Assembly (NCBI GenBank): GCA_002633005.1
Contig: NMRA01000435.1
Coordinates: 351,660 to 386,196, forward strand
From: Phoronis australis
Taxonomy: Eukaryota > Animalia > Phoronida
Length of the DNA stretch: 34,537 bases
Direction of reading: 5' to 3'
Shown: positions 13,401-24,112 of the stretch, piece after piece
Position numbering within the stretch: the stretch's first letter is position 1
Layout of the letters: every line of letters begins with the position of its first letter
Notes under the pieces: model-generated
What the model saw: the letters and a program-made list of their open reading frames with translations, nothing else
The model's database searches: none
What the model was told of the DNA's origin: nothing
Made by a program: the position numbers and the translations under genes

Positions 13401-16400
13401 ACGCATCGCGTCTTGGCTTGTCATTTAATTAAATAAGGTCGTTTTAAATTATTTTTGTGTCCTCTTGCCCTACCCTGGCTCCCTCTGTGGGTAAGTGGAT
13501 CAGGGAGAAATATTTTGTTTTTCTATGTGTCATTCTCTTAGCATGGTATTTTTTGTTGTAAAAGTAGTTAATTTGAAGAGTACGAATAAAATGTTACGAA
13601 GTTTCACACATATTTCACACTGGTTTGCGTGAGGAAAAGCAAGGTTAACTTTAAGTTCTGACTAATATAACTATACTTAACAGTTCACTCATCTCGAGCC
13701 TTTTCATTCATAAATATACGATATTAATCAACTTAGCTCTGTTGCGGGAATGTGTTAATTAAACTGTGAAAGTGATTGATGGTTGTCTGCCACATGGGTT
13801 CAGTGTAAATGCTTGTATTACATTGGTTTCTATCCTTAAAGTGGAACGTGCATGCTAATTCCTTATCTTTGTGATTGCTTGGTCAAGTGTGTTAGAAACA
13901 CAACATATAGTGACGATGTGAATATGAAGTAGTTGAAAATTGTGAAATGTTTTTAAGAATAAGTTTTGTGTCAAAAATGATCTGCCATAAATCACTCAAC
14001 CGTGTCCAGGAAGTATTGTGACATGGTGTTGGGGAATAACACTGCATGATGCGGACTGTGTGCACCCCCAAGGTACGTCATTAGTGCAAAGGTCACCTAT
14101 TTGTGAATTTTTATGTTTTCACGTTACAAGTTGTCAATAAATACAACTGCACTTTGTTTAGCGTAGATAATTCTCATATAGCGTTGTCATTTGGTTCCTG
14201 CTATACATTGGCATAGTTAGGAGCATGCAAATACATCTGTAAGTACTAGATCTGTGACCTAGTTTGTTTGTCTTTGTGCGTGGTTATAGGAAAAGATGAC
14301 CAACCAGTTAAAGACCCGTGTGGCTGTTCTAGAACAGGAGTGCCGAGACAAAGACCAAGTGTTGTCCAGGAGTTCAGATTTACTAGGCTTGGAACAGGAG
14401 CAAAAGGTATGTGATAACCTGTTGTGTGTATATGGAGATCCAGTGTTCAGCTGGATTTCAGGTCTGCTGGGCTCAGAATAGGAGATTAAAATGGCCGTTA
14501 GGCCAAAGATGGCATGATTTATTCTGGTGGTGCCTCATAGTTGGCACCAGGGGGCGCTGTCTGGTGGTGCCTCATAGTTGGCACCAGGTGGCGCTGGGTA
14601 AGAAAGGAAGAATCCTGACACATTTCAGCTGGCATCAGTTGACTTTCTTTTTGAGTAAATGGACTACTAAAAATACTAAATCACTGTAGCTATTTTTAAA
14701 GAAGCACAGACCAGAACCAGTTATTCTACTTTCTTTGGCCTTATTAATGTTTGGATAACTCTGAGGAGTTAAGTGCGGAGACTTTTTATTTTGTATAGAA
14801 AAAATACGAAGATGATCTTGAACGAAAGCAGCGACAGATATCGAAGATGGAGTCGTCAATTAAGACAATGTCCGAAGAGCTGATCAAAGCCAATGAAATC
14901 ATCAAGAAGCTACAGGGTGAAATACGCAGCTACCATAACAAGGTATTGGCTGTATGGCTTCATGAGGTGTTCTGAATGAATTCTAGTGTTTAGTGAAATC
15001 CCTGAAGTACCACTTTGTGTTTTCCCCAATATGCTTTTCATGACACTTTAGTCCATGTACTACTGGATTTGATGGCACAACATTGCTCTCTCTCGCTGTT
15101 TATCTATCAAACTCACCAGAGCCTGTCATGGTTTTTGTGTTCAGATCCAAGCTAGTATGGATAACTTACCAGTTACAAGTTGTAACGCAACATGAATTCA
15201 TTTTAAATACCGTATAAGATTGGGTTTGATGAACCTGTAGTTGTTGAATGGAATGGGTGATAATTCCTACCATTGCAAATTTACGTATTATCAAAACACC
15301 AACAACCTGTAACATTTTATTTTTTTACACAAACGGCAACTAGTAATTTTTTATTTGTTCTAAGCACAATCGCCCACAATTTTTATAATTCAAGTGTCTT
15401 CTCCCTCCCATACTGATGAAACAGCACTTGGGGTTGTGTGGGACCTTATCAACTAGTCTGTATATTTAGCCAAATACGTAGAAAATGCAATTTTTTCATA
15501 AAAATCATGTCATATTTTTGAAAGCTTCTTATGCAAAAGTTGGACACGTAGAAAACAATTTCTAAAAGCATTTTGTATATCAGTGCATAATGCTGGTTGT
15601 GTGAAAGTTTCATATGAATCCGAACTGCCGTTTCTGAGATATGTTCTAACGTTGACCAAATTTGGGCATTTTTCTAGTCCTGCATAACCTTTGAAAGAGT
15701 TGACATAGAGCACGGTAGTTCAGTTGACTTTTAGTATCTTCTGGCGACTGTCTCTCCCCAAAATCAACTGCTGGTTCCGTATGGATTTTTTATTTACACA
15801 AATGCATCGTCTTATTTAGATAAAATTAAGAGATCAGATTACAACAGAGCAAGAAAAGGTCCTCGGTGAAAAAGAGAAACAGACCGAAGCAACGAAAACA
15901 GAAAACGAGAAGTTGAAGGAAGCTTTGAGAAACAAGGAAGATGAGGTAGTGTTATTACTAGGCTTGCAACCTTCCTGTTAATAGAGCTGTCCTGCATTGA
16001 ACTCTCCTTTTCTTGGAGGTAGAAAAAATGTATTGCATGACTGAACTACTTTTAAAAATGTCAGGCACTCCTGAGTTAATTAAGAAAATCTATACATTGT
16101 GCATACAGATCTGGTGTTCGTCAATTTCTTGGTGTTAGTACTGCAGTGCTGCATGCGTTTCCAGTCACTTCTTTTCAACAATACTACAGAACACAGTAAT
16201 ATTCAAAGTGTCATATTTTTATTTTCAGAATAAAAAACTGAGTGAGTCACTGGAAGCCAGTCTTCAGAAGTTGGAAGAGAGCAAACAACTCATTAAAACT
16301 AACGAGAATGGTAAACTATTAATGTATTACCTGTTAATTGCACTATTTAAGAATATAGATGTTGAGAGGCGTGTTACGCAATGTTAGATACTCACGGCAA

Positions 16401-19400
16401 GAAATATTTGCTGATGTAATGTATGTAGTTACTTAGCATACAGCTGTCTACTGTAATTTGACATTCCAGCCTGGCTGATCAATAAGTCGAGTGGCGGCCA
16501 TTTTGCTAGGGAATGCGAGCAGGTTCATGAGCTTACTTGTGAAGCCCTGTCTTTTCACTCGCATGATTTTTGAGATTTTGCTGAATTCACACTACGCAAC
16601 GCACCCAGAGTGTGCATTCAATGCTAATATCTTACAATTTTGACACGGTCATGATAGTGCAATCAACAATCTTGATACATGTTTGACAGGTAAACTTGCG
16701 ACCTTATCAACAGTTTGCATGCTAAAACGGGTACCAATTTAAGCACCATAACTCATAACGAGTTGCAGTAGTACTTAGTTTACTTAATTATTATATCTTT
16801 TTTATTACATTGTGATAATTAGGCCTTGTTAAAAGGATACCAAATCCATTAATAGATATTAAAAGAACTTTCCCATCCTGCTGTGTAACCCTTTGTAAAC
16901 AAGTTCGGAGGAAAATTTGAAAACTCCTTTCAAAGTCAGCTGAATGGGCAAGCATGACCTACACTTGTAGCGAATTACTCGGCAACTGTGGGAAGAGACC
17001 ACCCACCAAGGACCATAATGTCCAATCTGTGACATTGGGAGTACGAGTTTTTAGTCGATCTCTGCCTTTAGCAGATGACAGTGCGAAGATTGGTTGAAAT
17101 TATCAAAACAAGGTTTAGTGTCCTTTTATATCGATTTCTATGTGCCTGCTTGCTTTGTAGTCATCAACTGGCTCAACAGACAAATAAATGAATCCCAGCT
17201 GAATCAGCCACGCCACGGAACCTTCGAAATGCCATCGACCCATGCTGTCAGCTATAAATCGCAAACTTCGGTCATGGTGAGTGTTTACGATACATAGATG
17301 TGTGATCACAAGGATCAAAGTTTTTTTTCCTCAAGATCAATCCACATGCATGAGTCCCTTCAAACCTGTGGTAAAATCTCGCCGAATTAGGACACGATGC
17401 GGCAGACATTGTTTCATTAGCGATAGGTAGCACCAAAGTAATGCTTTACCACTTTCGAGTTGTATGCGATGGCTGCCGTTAGACAATGTTTTTGAAATTT
17501 GAGGGCACTGTTAGAAGCCTTTGAAAGATAAATGGGGCAATTTTGACGTTAATTTCATTTTTGTATTTTTGTGAGATTTTACTGTACATAAAGTCAAATT
17601 TGTAGCTCGTATGGTGAAGGTTGTTTTGAAAAGTAAATCAAGGTTGGAAATTACTTATAAAACACGCAAGTTGAAAAATCTCACTTGATCCTGGATTTTT
17701 TTTGGAGGTGATCTTGTTATTTGTTATGGGTGACCAAGATGTAATTTGGGGGAATAACTCTGCATGATGCGGGTTTATGTATGTCTACGACTTTCATTTC
17801 GAGATTTTCACATTACCTGGGGGCACAGTTGCAGATTGGTTGGCAGTGCCGTTCCTACTGTAACTTAGCGTAGTTCAGAACAGAGAAACAACACTTTAAA
17901 CTGAAAATTTCATGATCATTAATCAGAAAATGGTGAGATTTGCTGTATAATAATTAGGGTTGGAAAGTGATTACATCACACCGTAACAACTACTTCAAAT
18001 TGGAAACAAACAGCATGGCGGTGGCCTATTCCCTCGCACTGGCATATTTGTTCAAACTGGCAAAATTCAACAAAACTAACTTTTTAGAATCCAGAGCTCA
18101 TGCCACAGCATTTGTGAACCGTGCAGATTAGCATATCAACCATGCAGATTAGCATATCAACCATCCAGAATAGCATATCAACCATGCAGATTAGCATATC
18201 AACCATGCAGATTAGCATATCAACCATGCAGATTAGCATATCAACCATGCAGATTAGCATATCAACCATGCAGATTAGCATGTCAACCATGCAGATTAGC
18301 ATGTCAACCATGCAGATTAGCATGTCAACCATGCAGGTTAGCATGTCAACCATGCAGGTTAGCATATCAATCATGCAGATTAGCATATCAACCATGCAGG
18401 TTAGCATATCAACCATGCAGATTAGCATATCAACCATGCAGAATAGCATATCAACCATGCAGATTAGCATATCAACCATGCAGATTAGCATATCAACCTT
18501 ACAGATTAGCATATCAACCACACAGATTAGCATATCAACCACACAGATTAGCATATCAACCACACAGATTAGCATATCAACCACACAGATTAGCATATCA
18601 ACCACTTGGGCGTTATGCCGTAATGGTCAGACAAGTTAAAGTTGCTGGACACAAGTTTGGTGAATAAGGCGTTTTAAATTGAAATTAAACTGCATTTCTG
18701 TGTGTTACACATCAAAGCCACATGTCCTTGCATTCTTAAATAGGAATGGCAGAATAATTTAATGTCCAGGGAATTCTGAAACATTGTCTACCAAATGCCA
18801 ATGACCTTAACATGTGCTTTGGCACTAAGCTCTCAAGTTAGTGAAAACTCGTTAAATCTTGTCTAGTTTGAATTCCAAACGATTTAAAACCAATCAAAAC
18901 TGGTAAAACAAAACAAAACAGAGTCAGCGACACTTTAATTGTTCCTATTCCGTTGTAAATAAAGAGTAGTTTGCAAACATTATTATACAGATGGTGACAG
19001 CGTTACGTATTCTTCTTTATTCCAGCAAAACTACAGCGTTCCAGCTATCACTTCACATCTATCGCCGTCAACACACGATAACCTTCAGTACAGACAACAT
19101 CAGGTATGACAGGTGACTTGAGTGAGACAAGTAGTGTTGCTTTTTCTTTCGTTGGGGAAGATGGAGATTAATCGTACTTTGGAATTCCATTGTGGCAGCT
19201 AGCTGAGCCCATTTGTTTAGCCAACTGCACGACCCATTCAGCTTGGCTTGCTTTTTGCCTTTAAATAGATTTATTGCCTTCCTTACAATGCAAAACTTAT
19301 GAACTTTAAAAGTTTAAATGAAGGTACATGGTTTTAGGTTTGGCAAATTTGAGTCGATGTTGACCGTGGCAGTAGTTTAGGGTGAATTATCGTCATTGGT

Positions 19401-21932
19401 TTGATTTGAGCGTACATAATTTTAAAGTATTCTGCATACAATACGGTAACCAAATGGAAATTTTATTTTCAACAAATAAAATTTTCAACAAATAAAAATA
19501 AAGTTAAAGATCATTTTAGTCGTTGTAACTTGGTGTGTACTAAATGTTAATTTCATAAAACAACATTTAGTTTCCTATATTCACAGCAAGGTAATACGAC
19601 TTCGAAAAATATAAAAATGAAACAAGTAACAAATTACCATATTACACTGTAAAACAATCTGTTTTAATAGGTACATGCTATTCAAAGTTTACCACTGTTC
19701 AAAGTCAGTGATACCAATTGACTATACAACCTTGAATCGGCAAAATAATCTCTGCTTAATTTTCATAGCTGATAACTGTTCGTAATGAAGCTTAAACCCC
19801 AGCAACGTGTTGTTTTTGTGCTCTTTGTTTGTGTTACTACTTGTGTGGGAGCAAGGTTTGCTTCTCGGTCTACTGTTAGCAGTTTAAGCAGGGCATTACT
19901 TTTATTTTGCGTCCTCTTATATGTACATGTATGTGCTGGGTGAATATTACTGCCATCTATGTCTGACGCACATCCATCCATCCATCTCACATCTGTGCGG
20001 CGTCCACAGCTGTTTCTCCCTGAAACCCTCGCAGGAACATGAATGGACGATTTTGGACGAATTTGGCTCTTGTTTGCCGCCAGTGGAAATTTATTATTTT
20101 TTTTATTGATTTTTGACGGCTACCTCTATATCTGACAAATGGTTTGAAGGATTTTCATGCAATTCAATACTAATCTTTTCCTATCAACTAGAGTGTGGTG
20201 GAAGGTGACTTTGGGGCAGATATGAATACTGCTATGTCTCCCCGTGGAAGTTTATTTTTTTGCTCTTACCTCATATCTATTTTATAAAGGATCGTCACGA
20301 AATTGGTTGATATGTCAGCCTTTTATGTCAGAAAGGTAACACGGCAGTCCCTAAAACTGCCACTAGGGATGTGTTTTCAAGTTCGTTACTCGTTGTCTTC
20401 GGTGGACCTCTCCATCTGCAACAGGCCTAATCATTGTATTTGCTTTCTTATGAATTGTAATCATCTTTATTTTCTGCCATTAGGTGCAGGGGAGTCGAAG
20501 CGGGCTCCCGGTTCCCATCAATAAGAGCACACCACTGTCAGCAATCAGCGGAAACCTCACAGAGACGCCGAAAACTGGAAAAGAAAAGTTAGTTCCCTGA
20601 CTTTGCCAAATTTTGGTATTCATAAGCGTTGTCATGCAATAGTACTGAGTGCTGGATGCGGGGAAAAATCGCAGTTTTGTTGCCTAAGCCGGTGTCCCTT
20701 CTATAGACGCAATACACTCATGAAAACGTCATGATCATGCAAGTCTTCTCAAGATATCCCCATGCATGGCAAGCATAGCGCATGATCATGCTTCCTTACA
20801 TTGTAAGGTTCTTGCTGCTCAGCCTTGGCATAAGGTCTGTATCCTTGTTGGTTGAAAACCAGCATAAGGTCTTACAAACCTTTTGCAGATATCCTGCTGT
20901 GAGCTATAGATTCACCTTACAAAATGTGTATTTATAAAAAAGTTAACTTGTCTACACTTGTTGCAAAAAATTACAATTCAAGACGTTTGGAAAATTCACA
21001 TTAAATTTTCTCCAGGCCTGTAACTTCGGGAGAAATTTCGAGTGAGTTTTTCCAGAGGTTTTGAATTATAATGTCTGACCTCAAGTACTTGGTACATGAT
21101 AACATACATCATTTACTGGGTATATTTTATTTATCAAATAGTTACCATTTCCGGGGAAATAAAATATTGCAAGTACAGCATAGAGCTGTGAAGTTTCACC
21201 AATTTAGGGCTCAATGTGGCTGACGTTTTATTTCATCATTTTCCGCTTGGATAAATGCTTTTCCATGTTTAAGTTGTTTCCATAGTTACCACAAGGCAAT
21301 GTTTTTAACAACTTTGGCCATTAATGTTGGAAGCTCTTCAACAAAAAAAGAAAAATGTCGCTTTTAATAATTAACAGCTTATTATTTAAAATGACTTATT
21401 CTTATGATATAGGCAAAAATTGAATTTCGGGCCTCAAAAGTGAGGCCCACCCAAATTAATAGAGTGGGCCTCGTGTTTGACGTCCGAAATTCAATTTTTG
21501 CCCATGTCATTTTAAATGATAAGCTGTTAATTGTTTTTGTCCAAAATTAGTGAGATTTCACTGTAGCAAAGTTTTATCTCCTGCTGAGTGTCATTCAAAT
21601 CTTCTTGAACTTCAGTTGTGTAAAGCTGAACACTGAATTAACCTGTTCAAAATTTCAGTGACCCACCGTTGGATGCAAAATACCTGCAGAGAAATGAGAC
21701 TACGGGTCCTCTAAGAAGTTCGTTGCCCTCAGTGGCTCCTCTTCCATTCAGCCAGCCCACCCTCATTCAACGTCCTCAAGGACAGAGGGTCCTGCCAAAA
21801 CCTGTCAGTCAACCGTCAGAACCAGTGGGCCTTCCCTCTAGACACGTCAATCAAGTACCTGTGCCAAGAGCTCCTCCCAGACCTGCCAGTCAACCACTTC
21901 TTGCTTCGGCCTACTTTCCGACTAAAGCTTGA
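1382..21932 (+). CDS. SASS6: Spindle assembly abnormal protein 6 (SAS-6), multi-exon gene span; 5' exon outside window
   Basis: 15 exons joined by hand total 1777 nt and stay in frame (~591 aa). N-terminal head ([37 protein letters not shown]), coiled coil ([35 protein letters not shown]) and C-terminal LDAKYL / SAYFP motifs match SAS-6 as I recall it. Confidence 0.96.
1481..2725 (+). mobile_element. Helentron-associated (HINE/DINE-1-like) interspersed repeat, copy 1 (approximate limits)
   Basis: 5' short inverted repeat (ccacatat..atatgtgg), then tctgtctgtccgtc microsatellite, then core cacagctgtatctcctaaaaccctcgcagga shared with ~20006-20037; weak subterminal inverted match near 2687-2700. 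Confidence 0.45.
2800..2900. repeat. Left fragment (~2 units) of the ~45-bp minisatellite
   Basis: taatatctagactattagatctgtgtttcacc... is the same unit as 7160-7940. Confidence 0.85.
2901..5598. mobile_element. Kolobok-like non-autonomous DNA transposon A
   Basis: TIRs ggttatgtcaaacctaat / ataaggtttgagataacc (16/18 match), GG...CC ends, flanked by GTAA (2897-2900, decayed TTAA) and TTAA (5599-5602); interrupts the minisatellite. Confidence 0.7.
4485..5203. repeat. Two ~145-bp direct repeats (4485-4629 and 5058-5203) inside element A
   Basis: cccatcttgcagagtcttgtttagttc...ctcgtggcgtaccccgggcaaaatagatta occurs twice at high identity. Confidence 0.9.
5603..7159 (-). mobile_element. Kolobok-like DNA transposon B with ~155-bp TIRs and THAP ORF
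   Basis: TTAA|aggcgaaggcaacc... and ...ggttgccttcgcct|TTAA; TIRs 5603-5760 and 7010-7159; AG...CT ends; internal N gap 5965-6637. Confidence 0.88.
6638..6902 (-). CDS. THAP zinc-finger domain, likely transposase N-terminus; cut by assembly gap
   Basis: [12 protein letters not shown]...LHRFP...W...RVCGKHF shows the C2CH THAP signature with conserved P, W and F. Confidence 0.88.
7160..7940. repeat. ~45-bp minisatellite, ~17-18 degenerate units
   Basis: Consensus ~ttttaatatctagactatcagatctgtgttacaccgtgttgtgac. Confidence 0.95.
7952..8031 (+). CDS. SASS6: SAS-6 exon: [26 protein letters not shown]
   Basis: cctag| ... |gtaatt; 80 nt; conserved head-domain motif. Confidence 0.95.
9040..9301. mobile_element. 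MITE (hAT-like, CATG termini, 5-bp TSD CTTGA)
   Basis: TIRs catgcgtgcacccag / ctgggtgcgcgcatg, subterminal G and C runs; CTTGA at 9035-9039 and 9302-9306. Confidence 0.85.
9695..9799 (+). CDS. SASS6: SAS-6 exon: [36 protein letters not shown]
   Basis: ttacag| ... |gtatga; 105 nt; PISA-region motif. Confidence 0.95.
11093..11267 (+). CDS. SASS6: SAS-6 exon: FILQFNS...[38 protein letters not shown]
   Basis: gccag| ... |gtgaga; 175 nt; includes the NPFK head-to-head interface Phe. Confidence 0.96.
11665..11742 (+). CDS. SASS6: SAS-6 exon: [26 protein letters not shown]
   Basis: ttttag| ... |gtgcgt; 78 nt, phase 0/0; coiled-coil composition. Confidence 0.88.
12069..12268. repeat. Intronic tandem duplication, ~96-bp period
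   Basis: gtttgtaagcgtcaagtaacttcagtttaaactcagaatt...ggtttatgaaa at 12100 and 12196. Confidence 0.9.
12483..12602 (+). CDS. SASS6: SAS-6 exon: [40 protein letters not shown]
   Basis: tctag| ... |gtaaga; 120 nt; resembles 'KHSQELTNEKEKALQ'. Confidence 0.92.
13054..13170 (+). CDS. SASS6: SAS-6 exon: [39 protein letters not shown]
   Basis: tgtag| ... |gtaaga; 117 nt, phase 0/0. Confidence 0.9.
13146..13296 (+). repeat. ~31-bp tandem repeat derived from a SAS-6 exon end and splice donor
   Basis: gtatgaNNNtgaggcagccaatagggt units at 13146, 13204, 13235 and 13266. Confidence 0.85.
14290..14406 (+). CDS. SASS6: SAS-6 exon: [39 protein letters not shown]
   Basis: tatag| ... |gtatgt; 117 nt; conserved VAVLEQE. 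Confidence 0.93.
14523..14596 (+). repeat. 2 x 37-bp tandem repeat containing a CTCF-like motif
   Basis: tctggtggtgcctcatagttggcaccagg(g/t)ggcgctg twice. Confidence 0.85.
14799..14942 (+). CDS. SASS6: SAS-6 exon: [10 protein letters not shown]...[25 protein letters not shown]
   Basis: tatag| ... |gtattg; 144 nt; conserved [10 protein letters not shown]. Confidence 0.94.
15820..15945 (+). CDS. SASS6: SAS-6 exon: [20 protein letters not shown]...ALRNKEDE
   Basis: tttag| ... |gtagtg; 126 nt. Confidence 0.92.
16229..16310 (+). CDS. SASS6: SAS-6 exon: [27 protein letters not shown]
   Basis: tttcag| ... |gtaaac; 82 nt; conserved KLEESKQL. Confidence 0.93.
17161..17276 (+). CDS. SASS6: SAS-6 exon: [39 protein letters not shown]
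   Basis: tgtag| ... |gtgagt; 116 nt; conserved WLN.QLNE-like motif. Confidence 0.93.
18117..18605. repeat. 21-bp minisatellite, ~23 copies
   Basis: (gcagattagcatatcaaccat)n within a SAS-6 intron. Confidence 0.97.
19026..19103 (+). CDS. SASS6: SAS-6 exon (disordered tail): [26 protein letters not shown]
   Basis: Strong pyrimidine tract ttccag| ... cag|gtatga; 78 nt, phase 0/0; no conserved motif. Confidence 0.72.
19917..20450 (+). mobile_element. HINE/Helentron-like repeat, copy 2 (approximate limits)
   Basis: (catc)n microsatellite followed by cacagctgtttctccctgaaaccctcgcagga, homologous to 1552-1582. Confidence 0.45.
20484..20587 (+). CDS. SASS6: SAS-6 exon (tail): [34 protein letters not shown]
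   Basis: ttag| ... |gttagt; 104 nt, phase 0/2, which fits the last exon and forms KEN across the junction. Confidence 0.8.
21369..21532. mobile_element. Foldback/palindromic MITE-like element
   Basis: aattaacagcttattatttaaaatgac...ggcaaaaattgaatttcgg...gaggcccac is mirrored by gtgggcctc...ccgaaattcaatttttgcc...gtcattttaaatgataagctgttaatt. Confidence 0.8.
21659..21932 (+). CDS. SASS6: SAS-6 last coding exon: [11 protein letters not shown]...[12 protein letters not shown]
   Basis: tttcag| acceptor, TGA ending 21932, SAYFP C-terminal motif. Confidence 0.92.
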
Positions 21933-22036
21933 TTAGACTATGTTGTGTAAATTATTGTTATTTGTAAAGTGTTGATGGATATAAATATTGTAAACAATTA
22001 TTATAACTGACATTTGTAAATCTTTTAATGTATGAT

Positions 22037-22042
22037 AATAAA
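22037..22042 (+). promoter_or_regulatory. Probable polyadenylation signal of SAS-6
   Basis: AATAAA ~105 nt after the stop in an AT-rich 3' UTR. Confidence 0.6.
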
Positions 22043-22494
22043 TGTGTCTTGAAAATACATTAGCTCTTGAGCTGTGGGGGTACATTTCCAACTTCCACAA
22101 ATAATTTAGGACTGAAAATACTTTTTAGGGGATTATATTTGAGTAGGGTAGACTTTGCTTTGCTTTGACCAGAGCTCTAAACCAGCAAAATCGTTGTGTT
22201 ATTAGAATTTTCTTAGCAGTTGTCGACTACTGGACGTTAGCTTCCATCATGAGCTGAGGTTGTGTGTTCCAATCCTTGCCTTTGTGCTGTTATAAAGAAC
22301 ACATCCTTGTCTATAATGTCATCTTCAGTCTGTGCATGTTTATTATAAGATCTTGAAACACATGGAAATTATACTTAAAACCACATAGATTATAAAAACC
22401 TGTTTTTGGATTGAACACATTTTTATTATTTTTTTCATTGCCATGGCATTCCTAACAGCACTCACCGCATAGGGACGGATATTCGCTGTGGCAA

Positions 22495-22674
22495 ACTATT
22501 TCGTGTGACTACTTTCCCTTGATCCCCTGTGGTTCGTATAGCTTTTTGTCGTGGTGAATTTTTTTCTGCTTAAACTGATCACGGACTATTTCGGGTGACT
22601 ACTTTCCCTTGATCCCCTGTGGTTCATATAGCTTTTTGTCGTGGTGAAAATTTTTCTGCATAAACTGATCACGG
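22495..22674. repeat. 2 x 90-bp tandem duplication
   Basis: actatttcg(t/g)gtgactactttcccttgatcccctgtgg...taaactgatcacgg at 22495 and 22585. Confidence 0.92.
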
Positions 22675-23140
22675 TCTAAGCCATGGTCATTGAAAGGAGA
22701 AATCTGTAACTATTTCAACATTCCACGTATTGGTATCCCTGCACGGGAGGTACAACTGAAACTACAACACGGGACTGCAACGCTACTGTGGAGATTAAGC
22801 TTGCAATTATGTGATCGTGTTCTCCAGGATCTGTAACAGTGCATTTCGATAAGTTGAGATTCCATCGTATCTTGTTCGGGTAAAAAAAAAACGCTCAGCG
22901 TTCCTTTGAGAAGCTTTAAACATCCTTTAATCATAGCAAATAAGCTCAAACCGCCAATTCGCCTATTTATTAGGCTAGGTGCGAGATAACATGACTATAA
23001 AATCTACCGCAAATAAATGAATAATACAACTAACTGATAAATCACCTTTCTGATACCACTCGTGCTTAGAACCAATGAAGGACACATAATAGTGGTGTTT
23101 GTTTTTTCCCGACGTTGCTGGGTGAGACGCAGAGTTGATC

Positions 23141-23233
23141 TATAAAAGTTTGCCAGCACGTACCAAGTTGGTAAACAGTGTCTCGGGTCGAGAGACGCAA
23201 ATACTCGGCAAAAGAACTGAATTCAACGTAAGT
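23141..23233 (+). promoter_or_regulatory. Putative TATA box and 5'-UTR exon of the Tctex1-domain gene
   Basis: TATAAAA at 23141 and perfect donor GTAAGT at 23228; candidate acceptor ttttag ends at 24099, 13 nt before the ATG at 24113. Confidence 0.4.
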
Positions 23234-24112
23234 TCGCTTGCAACTTCTGTTACAATAGTTAGCAGGGCTTGGAATTTTCCTCTTTTAAGAGGATTTCCTA
23301 TTTTTTTTCGTTTCGATTTCCTCTTGTTGGATTTTCAGTTTCTTCTTTTTTCGTCTCTTTTTTATCAGTATTTTGACTTTATTTATGCAAAAATGTTATT
23401 TTACTTAAATTTTACACGAAAAATACTTCTATCACACAAGCTTGTTTACTTGAGGAACTATACGCCACCTGCAAAATTTTCCTTTTGTCATTGGTCACTC
23501 CAAGCTCTGAGTTGGAGGCAATCCTTCATGACTATTTTGTTCTCGGCTAAAACTAACAAAGACTGTTTAGATTTGTTTATTCTCAGCAGCAGTAGTTCAT
23601 GTACCGTTTTATCAAAGGTCGTAAGTCTGGTAGGCACGTTTTTGCGAAGGTGCTTTTCTAAGAGCGAAATAAATACTGACGCAAATTTGATCATAGTTCA
23701 CATTCAAGTTGAAAGCCCACTTTCATAAACCACGTTAATGAATTGTTTGTCAATAAAAATTGAAGAATTCGCCTGGGTTGACGACCTTCCACAACACGGG
23801 GACCCGGTTGTGCATTTTGTTCCCATAGTAACTTTGCATTCGAGCATTTTGTTGTGATGTTCATGGATCATTGTTCACGAAGTGTTGAATTGATTGGTTG
23901 AATTTATTTTATCAGCATAAATGCACGATACAATATTAACAAGTACATGTGAAGCAAAAGGAAAATCAAATGCATACGTAGAATGTAGATGATAAAAATC
24001 GTGTTAACAGGATAATAAAGTTTAAAATTTTCTTCTGTGGCTCAGCTTAAATTTTGTGACCATTGGTATTTGATGAACAATGAGGCTTTTGTGTTTTAGA
24101 TCCAGCGACACA

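Noticed and set aside
18084-18639. 173-aa and 172-aa ORFs (MVDMLIC / MQISIST repeats)
   Set aside because: Artefacts of a 21-bp intronic tandem repeat.
23135-23728. 197-aa ORF
   Set aside because: TTG start, T-rich low-complexity sequence and no domain; overlaps the probable 5'-UTR intron.
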